NCBI GenBank assembly: GCA_003661775.1
Contig: QMWT01000001.1
Span: forward strand, 1,199 to 65,198
DNA from: Thermoprotei archaeon
GTDB taxonomy: Archaea > Thermoproteota > Thermoprotei_A > Sulfolobales > Ignisphaeraceae
Length of the DNA stretch: 64,000 nucleotides
Reading direction: 5' to 3'
This document shows positions 57,779 to 64,000 of the stretch, piece after piece. The position numbers and the translations under genes are program-made. Numbering within the stretch: position 1 is the stretch's first letter; each line of letters opens with the position of its first letter. Below the pieces are notes generated by a model. That model was not told the origin of the DNA. It ran no database searches and saw nothing but the letters and a program-made list of their open reading frames with translations.

Positions 57779-58642
57779 TCAGGGTCTCGTAACGTATGTC
57801 GGCGCGTCTGAAAGATTAGTTTCTTGACACGCTTTTAGCAGAAGTTCGTGTATCTCTTTGATCCTCGAGGCCACTACCGGGATTTTGTAAACTAGCCTGG
57901 TTATAGGAACAACGCCTAGATCCCTCCCTCTAAGATCCGTCATGAGGCACCCGCATGCACGTGAGAAACTATAGGCTGCAGCTATATCTACATTCCTGAG
58001 CTTAGAACATGCATCTACAAACCCTAAAGCTCTGCCTATAGCAGCGAGGTGCGTAAGCTCCATAGCTGCACTGCCCAAGCTCCTAACTCGGGTTCTTTTG
58101 CCATAGAGCTCCCAGAATTTCTCAAGAACCCGAAGCGCCCGAGGATGTTCAAAATATCCCACAATCACTTCTTCCGGTGCCAATGGTTTAGCGCTAGAAC
58201 CGTTAACAAGACAACCTTCTTCATTGGAGTACGAGTAAGTGGTATCGGTGTGTACGGAGCGTACAACAGACGCCACTATATCTTTCATAGTGGCGTCTCG
58301 TTTGTAGTATGCTACAGCTATCGATACTGCGCACCACGGAATATCCGCGGTGAAGTTAAAGCTTCCATCTACAGGATCCACTATAGCTATGTAGTCTGGC
58401 TCGCTGCAGTAACTACGGCATCCCAATTCCTCGCTCACAACTAGTGTGCAGCCTATTCTATCTAGGATCTTTGAGAGTATGATCTTTTCAGCCTCTACGT
58501 CAAAGGCGCGTGCCTTATCTCCACCTGCATCACTCTCCATCACGATCTGTTTCTTCTCAACAAGTTCCGTCCTTAATCTACGGCTTACCTCCTCAGCTAT
58601 GTCCTCCAATATTTCTCTAAGCACTACAGGACTAAGCTTCAA
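57779..58642 (-). CDS. Inositol monophosphatase/FBPase-family protein
   Basis: SEE, DPVDGSFN, RSLGSAA, DIAAA. Confidence 0.9.
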   Translation of the reverse strand: MKLSPVVLREILEDIAEEVSRRLRTELVEKKQIVMESDAGGDKARAFDVEAEKIILSKILDRIGCTLVVSEELGCRSYCSEPDYIAIVDPVDGSFNFTADIPWCAVSIAVAYYKRDATMKDIVASVVRSVHTDTTYSYSNEEGCLVNGSSAKPLAPEEVIVGYFEHPRALRVLEKFWELYGKRTRVRSLGSAAMELTHLAAIGRALGFVDACSKLRNVDIAAAYSFSRACGCLMTDLRGRDLGVVPITRLVYKIPVVASRIKEIHELLLKACQETNLSDAPTYVTRP

Positions 58643-58964
58643 GACTGCTACCCCTTGCGTAGTTTATCATTTTGTTAATTTTTGTTAAGGTTTTCTCGAC
58701 TAGTTCCTTCTCATCATCGGCGAAAGCATAGAGACCGTGAGGCACGTACATAAGATTCTCACAGCTCCAGTAGCTAACAGGTACATGCTCTAGCAACACG
58801 ATCTTTGTATAGAAGCCTTTGTAACTTCCTATATACGCTGCAACTACAAAAACCCTATCGTCTTTTTTGACCATGAAGATCTCGCATGCAGTTCCCTCAC
58901 TCATCTTCTTAACTTCAAAACCATACGCCTTAGCTAACTCTCCGAACTGCTTGTACAATTTCAT
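58632..58964 (-). CDS. Hypothetical protein
   Basis: 110-aa ORF overlapping the IMPase start. Confidence 0.65.
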   Translation of the reverse strand: MKLYKQFGELAKAYGFEVKKMSEGTACEIFMVKKDDRVFVVAAYIGSYKGFYTKIVLLEHVPVSYWSCENLMYVPHGLYAFADDEKELVEKTLTKINKMINYARGSSLEA

Positions 58965-59011
58965 CCCGAAACACTCTTCTCACAAACTCTTTTATATCGG
59001 GTTCTGTCCAC

Positions 59012-60733
59012 ATGTTGAGCGGAACAATGGTGGAAGCATACGAGGTTGTAGAGAAATACTATTCAAAACTAATATCCCTGCCCAGAACACCTGTGATAAT
59101 ATGCAGTATCATAAGCGTAACGCTACTGTTCTCCTTAACCTTCCGTAGATTTGAATGGATATCGAGACCGGAAGTATTCCTAGAGACGTACTTAGCATAT
59201 CTCGCTTCGGTAATGTTACTCGTACTGGTACTGAAGGGTGTTATGAGGAACAGACACATAACGTTGAGAAGAATAGCAGGTGTGGTTTTGGTAGCATTAC
59301 TCATCTATAGCCCAGTAGAAGTTATCGGGACTTACAAAGGTGTTCCCGGTTTAGGAATGGCCTCTTCAGCTGGATTCGTACTCTTTATCTTAACAGCGCT
59401 CAAAACCTTGTACTTAGCTATCCTCGCAACAGTAGTGGGCATAGGTTCAGCCTTGATAACTCTTAGCTTACTACTCTTTGCTACGAAAATTCATTCCTTC
59501 AACTATATCTACCACATAGCAGCAGGCTTATCATCATCTGCACTATTCTCGCTTCTTGTGCTGTACATAAAGCGTGTAGGCAAGAAGTACAGGCTTGACC
59601 CGCTGAATTTTGCGCGTGGATTCATAAATGTGTGGATTGGCGGGAGTGAAGAGTATCTTGAAAGAGAGTTCGCCCGTATCTCTCGATATAAAGACCTGCA
59701 TATCGATGTAATTAAGTTCTGCAGAATTGGGAAAAGACCTATAGTGTTAGTGATACCGACGGTGCATTTCGGCCCCTTTAGAAACATAGGAAGTTCGGCT
59801 CTTCCATACTTCATAGACCGCGAAGCATCCTCTAAGGGGATGCATTCAATGGTGCTTCACAGTGCGGGTTCGCATGAACATAACATGGTACATTCAAAAG
59901 ATTCGCAAGAACTTGCTAAGTACATAATAGAGAAGGCTCTTGGCGTGGAATGCTACGAAGAATTAGCAAATCCCTTTAGAGTACACGAAGACAAGTTTCA
60001 AGCGTTTGCAATACCTACCTCGCGCAGACTAATGATATTGATAACGAATCCTGAGGAAGGTTCAGACGACCTTCCTCCAAGCCTTATCGACATAGCAAAG
60101 AGATTAGAGAATTCATCTAACTACAGCACAATCACACTAGTTGACGCTCATAACGTCAAGGGTGAGAGGCCCCGCAGAATAGAGATACTTGAGAAGTTAA
60201 TCCTAAGGTCGTTATCCACAATTACGCCCGTATGTCGCAGCTCCCGTGTGGGCTTTGCAGAAGTTGAGGTTAAGGGACATGTAGTTGGTCTATGCTACAA
60301 CAAGCTCAAGCTCCTCCTGATAGAGTGCGATGGCAGCGAGTATGCATTGGTTTATGCCTATGGCAATAACGCTGAGCCTAAGGTTAGACGAGACGTTCTT
60401 AAGGAACTTCATTACGCTGGGATTAAGGATGGAGAGTTCATAACTCCTGATGACCATACATGTGCTGCCTCAGCCATGGACAAACCTTACCATGTGATCC
60501 ACTCATCAGAGGCAATAGTATCTGCTGTACGTGAGGCACTGAAGCTCGCTAGGCGGGATCTTGCTCCTTCTAGGGTAGGGTTCCGCAGGCTGAACGTGAA
60601 ACTCGAGGTTATGGATGATAGTGTATGGAAGCTGATAGCTCTACTCGAAGCTGTCGGTTCCTCACTTATGAGATTGTTGCCACTAGTAGTAGTAACTTCA
60701 ATATTGGTACCCTGCGTACTACCTCTCCTCTGA
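59012..60733 (+). CDS. DUF2070-family membrane protein
   Basis: N-terminal TM helices, HFGPFRNIGSS, DAHN, TPDDH. Confidence 0.87.
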   Translation: MLSGTMVEAYEVVEKYYSKLISLPRTPVIICSIISVTLLFSLTFRRFEWISRPEVFLETYLAYLASVMLLVLVLKGVMRNRHITLRRIAGVVLVALLIYSPVEVIGTYKGVPGLGMASSAGFVLFILTALKTLYLAILATVVGIGSALITLSLLLFATKIHSFNYIYHIAAGLSSSALFSLLVLYIKRVGKKYRLDPLNFARGFINVWIGGSEEYLEREFARISRYKDLHIDVIKFCRIGKRPIVLVIPTVHFGPFRNIGSSALPYFIDREASSKGMHSMVLHSAGSHEHNMVHSKDSQELAKYIIEKALGVECYEELANPFRVHEDKFQAFAIPTSRRLMILITNPEEGSDDLPPSLIDIAKRLENSSNYSTITLVDAHNVKGERPRRIEILEKLILRSLSTITPVCRSSRVGFAEVEVKGHVVGLCYNKLKLLLIECDGSEYALVYAYGNNAEPKVRRDVLKELHYAGIKDGEFITPDDHTCAASAMDKPYHVIHSSEAIVSAVREALKLARRDLAPSRVGFRRLNVKLEVMDDSVWKLIALLEAVGSSLMRLLPLVVVTSILVPCVLPLL

Positions 60734-60828
60734 GGCACAACTACAATGGATACAAAGCGTGTTCCAGACTTGCGTCTCACACCTTATAAGTAATGAATTA
60801 GCTTCAGTATTTCTAACGAGTGTTAACC

Positions 60829-61557
60829 ATGGAGTTTACGGTAGATGTAGTTGTTAAGTACCTAGGACAGCCACTTAGAGATATCTACGGGAGAAACATA
60901 GGTGTTGTTACAAGCATATACAGCGATGTAGATGGTGTTGTGAATTCTGTTGAAGTCATGACTAACGAGCTAATACACGAAACTATCCCTGCCAAGAGGT
61001 TTGACCTGACAAGCGATGGTCTTAGACTGCTACCCGAGTGGCTTGTTGAAGCTAAAGAAATCGAGAAGAGACTAGACACCGTTAGAAAGAGGCTTGCAGC
61101 TGTTGAGGAATTATACAGAAAGGGCCAGATCCCTAGCCACGCCTATGAGGAGGTGAAAGGGAGACTATCTGAAGAGATGGACAAACTTAGAAAAAGAGCA
61201 CGCGAGGCAAAGGAAAAACTTCGTAAGAGAGCAAACGACCTTGAGAACATGATAATCCATATAGAGAAGGCTATGACTCATCTGCTAGTTAGCTACACAG
61301 CTGGAGAGATCCCTGAAACCCCCTTCAGAGCAGCGATAGATAAGCTAAGGTTTTCCAAACAGTGTGCGCAGAACGAGAAAAAAGATGTTGAGAAACACAT
61401 AGAGCTCATCGAGAAACTTGAGTTAGAGGCCGTCAAGAAGCTGGAGGTCTCAATCGAGGAGGGTGAGAAGGAGTCCGCCAAGATGCCCGCAGTTCCAGAG
61501 AAGGCTCCTTCAGGATCATCCAGCGGTCCGGTGGTAGTTAAAGTGGTGAATGCCTAG
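60829..61557 (+). CDS. cdvA: Cell division protein CdvA
   Basis: PRC-barrel 'GQPLRDIYGR' plus coiled coil; first gene of the cdv operon. Confidence 0.93.
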   Translation: MEFTVDVVVKYLGQPLRDIYGRNIGVVTSIYSDVDGVVNSVEVMTNELIHETIPAKRFDLTSDGLRLLPEWLVEAKEIEKRLDTVRKRLAAVEELYRKGQIPSHAYEEVKGRLSEEMDKLRKRAREAKEKLRKRANDLENMIIHIEKAMTHLLVSYTAGEIPETPFRAAIDKLRFSKQCAQNEKKDVEKHIELIEKLELEAVKKLEVSIEEGEKESAKMPAVPEKAPSGSSSGPVVVKVVNA

Positions 61558-61585
61558 AGAGTAACAATTTCTAAGGTGTTCAGTT

Positions 61586-62503
61586 GTGGCAACCCCAATA
61601 CTTTTTGATGGTAATAAAGGGGGTCTACTCTCAAAGTTATTCAGTATCTTCGGAAGTAGTAAGAAGGCGGAACGCGGGCTAATAATGGTAATAGCTGCTC
61701 TCAAAGACTTCAAGGGCAAGCTTGAAGAGATGAGACGACGTCTGGAGGATAGGCATAACGAACTACTAAGTGAAGCCATAAAGGCTTGGACCCAGGGGAA
61801 TAGAGACAAAGCATCTATCTTCGCAAGCGAAGTCATAGAGGTGAGAAAGCTTATAAAGAATATCAATGTTGCCGATCTAGCCATAGAGAAAGTGATTCAG
61901 AGATTGAGGACTATAGACATCGTGCGTGATACTATGAGCTTGATGACCGTGGCAGAGATACTCAAAGGACTTAGAGCCCGTCTATCAACGGTAATGCCCG
62001 ACATGATCTCGGCGCTTGATACTGTGATAAGCAATGTCAACTCACTGGTATCTTCAACACGCGTACCTGAAACGGGTCTGAGCCCCTCTGCTGTAGTTGT
62101 TAAGAATGCAGAGGTCGAGGAGGTGTTAAAGGAGGTTGAGAAGCAAGCCGAGCAACGGACATTAAAAGGACTAGGACCTATGCCTGAGGTCATCGTGAGG
62201 CTTGCACAAAGCGAACCTCGAAAACCGTACATGGACAGTGGTAGAAGCAGGGAGGTAGAGCCCTTACGTGTAACCACCGTGCCCCCGGTACCTGCTCAAC
62301 CAGCATCGTTCCGGGCTTTCGGACATGGGTACGTATTCTCGCACAAGCAGATGATGCTGGAAGATAAGGTTTATGAATATGTAATAACGCATGGTGGTTT
62401 CATAGATGTCGCAGATTGTGCGTTGCGGTTCGGAGTAAGAAAGGAAGATGTTATTGAAGCACTTAAGTCGCTCGAACGTAAGGGTTTGATAAAACTTTCT
62501 TAA
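61586..62503 (+). CDS. cdvB: ESCRT-III-like CdvB
   Basis: Snf7-like coiled coil plus C-terminal winged helix (YVITHGGFID). Confidence 0.9.
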   Translation: MATPILFDGNKGGLLSKLFSIFGSSKKAERGLIMVIAALKDFKGKLEEMRRRLEDRHNELLSEAIKAWTQGNRDKASIFASEVIEVRKLIKNINVADLAIEKVIQRLRTIDIVRDTMSLMTVAEILKGLRARLSTVMPDMISALDTVISNVNSLVSSTRVPETGLSPSAVVVKNAEVEEVLKEVEKQAEQRTLKGLGPMPEVIVRLAQSEPRKPYMDSGRSREVEPLRVTTVPPVPAQPASFRAFGHGYVFSHKQMMLEDKVYEYVITHGGFIDVADCALRFGVRKEDVIEALKSLERKGLIKLS

Positions 62504-62549
62504 TTCATCTCAAAAATATTTCCACATTTGTTTAGCGAGGTGGAGGTTA

Positions 62550-63680
62550 ATGTCTAGCCACAGCTATCTAGAAGCTCTTGCAAAGAGATACCTCAACGAA
62601 GCTCTTATCAATGAGAAAGCTGGCAACTACATCGACGCAGCAAAACTATACAGAAAAGCTGCTGAAGTTCTAAAACTTATTGTTGCTCATAGACCAGACG
62701 ATCCTTTATCACCTACATACCGCGAACTTGCCGAGAGCTATGAAAAGAAGGCTCGTGAACTTGAGGAAAACTCAAAGGTGAAAGTCCCTTCAAGTTCCGT
62801 TGAGGACGAGGATAGTAAATTAATTGAAGATCTCATAGTAAAGGAGAAACCTGATGTATGTTTCGAGGATATAATAGGTCTTGAGGAGGCCAAGCAGGCG
62901 ATAATGGACTCGATCGTATATCCAACCAAAAGGCCAGACCTCTTTCCGTTAGGATGGCCTCGCGGGATACTACTTTATGGGCCTCCCGGATGTGGAAAGA
63001 CTTTGCTAGGCGCTGCCGTAGCTCACGAAGTGGATGGGGTGTTTATCTATGTCAGCGCAGCTAATATAATGTCCAAGTGGTTAGGGGAGGCAGAAAAGAA
63101 GGTTTCAGCAATGTTCAGATACGCAAGAAGTATCAGCAACGAACGGAAGAGACCAGTCATAGTGTTCATAGACGAGTGTGACGACATCCTGGGAGTATAT
63201 GAGCAGGAAATAGGTGGTGAAGCTCGTGTCAGGAATCAGTTCCTAAAAGAGATGGATGGTCTGCTAGACAAAGGTAGGAGACACTTCGTTTACGTAATAG
63301 CAGCAACAAACAAACCATGGAAACTAGACATAGGTTTCCTAAGAAGGTTTCAGAGAAGAATATACGTTCCGCCTCCCAACAAAGAGGCTAGGAAAGCATT
63401 GTTTGAGCACTACACTAAAGGCTTGAAACTATCAGAGGATGTCGATTTTGGAACATTAGCAGAGAAAACCGAAGGTTACTCAGCTAGCGATATAAGAGAT
63501 GTTGTCATGGAGGCACACCTCATAACCGTTCGAGAATTGTTCCAACGGGGGGAGATTTATGGACAACCCAGACCGATAACAATGGGTGACTTTCTAGAAG
63601 TTATCAAGCGTAGGAAACCTAGTATATCTCCGCAACTCCTCAGACTCTACGAGGAGTGGCATTCAAGGTTTGGTACTTAA
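62550..63680 (+). CDS. cdvC: Vps4-like AAA ATPase CdvC
   Basis: MIT domain, GPPGCGKT, MSKWLGE, ATNKPW. Confidence 0.95.
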   Translation: MSSHSYLEALAKRYLNEALINEKAGNYIDAAKLYRKAAEVLKLIVAHRPDDPLSPTYRELAESYEKKARELEENSKVKVPSSSVEDEDSKLIEDLIVKEKPDVCFEDIIGLEEAKQAIMDSIVYPTKRPDLFPLGWPRGILLYGPPGCGKTLLGAAVAHEVDGVFIYVSAANIMSKWLGEAEKKVSAMFRYARSISNERKRPVIVFIDECDDILGVYEQEIGGEARVRNQFLKEMDGLLDKGRRHFVYVIAATNKPWKLDIGFLRRFQRRIYVPPPNKEARKALFEHYTKGLKLSEDVDFGTLAEKTEGYSASDIRDVVMEAHLITVRELFQRGEIYGQPRPITMGDFLEVIKRRKPSISPQLLRLYEEWHSRFGT

Positions 63681-63690
63681 TCTTTTACCA

Positions 63691-64000
63691 CTAGGTCCCA
63701 CGTTTTCCTCCTGATACTTCAACTGCTTCTAGCAAGTCAGGAACGAGTTTAAGTACATCATACTCAGAGACTATACCCAGGAGTATACCTCCTTCACCTA
63801 CAACAGGTATGTGACGATGGCCAGTACTGCTCATCAATATAACAACGTCTCTTATCGGTGTATTAGGCTCTACTATCGTAACAGGTTTAGCCATTATATC
63901 ACTGACCCTCACGCTCTGCGGATCTAATCCGCGGGCAACAACCTTATCAACAATATCACGTGCTGTTATAATACCTATTACCCTTCGTTCGTGATCCACA
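63691..64000 (-). CDS. CBS-domain protein, 5'-truncated by the window edge
   Basis: GIITARDI, 'HIPVV...GIVSEYD' CBS pair. Confidence 0.85.
   Translation of the reverse strand, partial: VDHERRVIGIITARDIVDKVVARGLDPQSVRVSDIMAKPVTIVEPNTPIRDVVILMSSTGHRHIPVVGEGGILLGIVSEYDVLKLVPDLLEAVEVSGGKRGT

Noticed and set aside
1218..62929. Numerous 60-200-aa antisense or alternate-frame ORFs in the track
   Set aside because: They lie within well-supported genes and show no motifs; treated as shadow ORFs.
60829..63680. cdvABC as a novel system
   Set aside because: Canonical, well-described crenarchaeal ESCRT-like division operon with normal gene order.

Overview
Gene-dense chromosomal segment of a hyperthermophilic crenarchaeon (Thermoproteota, probably Desulfurococcales-like, inferred from the cdvABC operon, eL38, short crenarchaeal-type ThrRS, PGI/PMI and CCA-encoding tRNAs). 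It is mostly housekeeping: translation and RNA modification, nurA-herA, cofactor synthesis, a methylmalonyl-CoA mutase cluster and ESCRT-like cell division. The RNA layer is rich: 4 tRNAs, including a tRNA-Pro(CGG) with two introns; 8 box C/D sRNA candidates, one with a 12-nt guide matching tRNAs in this window; and one unexplained GC-rich structured element. Best leads: (1) the SD-linked ATG of thrS is out of frame with the gene and joins it only by a -1 shift at an in-frame T_TTA_AAG heptamer followed by a hairpin (candidate programmed frameshift, or an indel error); (2) a two-intron tRNA-Pro whose second splice motif is completed only after the first intron is removed; (3) a 163-aa mini-intein in a KaiC-like ATPase; (4) decayed integrase-like remnants and a catabolic gene cluster next to tRNA-Arg; (5) enzymes with altered catalytic residues (AdoMetDC/ArgDC-like, M24 peptidase). 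No CRISPR array, rRNA or intact transposase was seen. All family calls come from motif recognition by eye; no searches were run.
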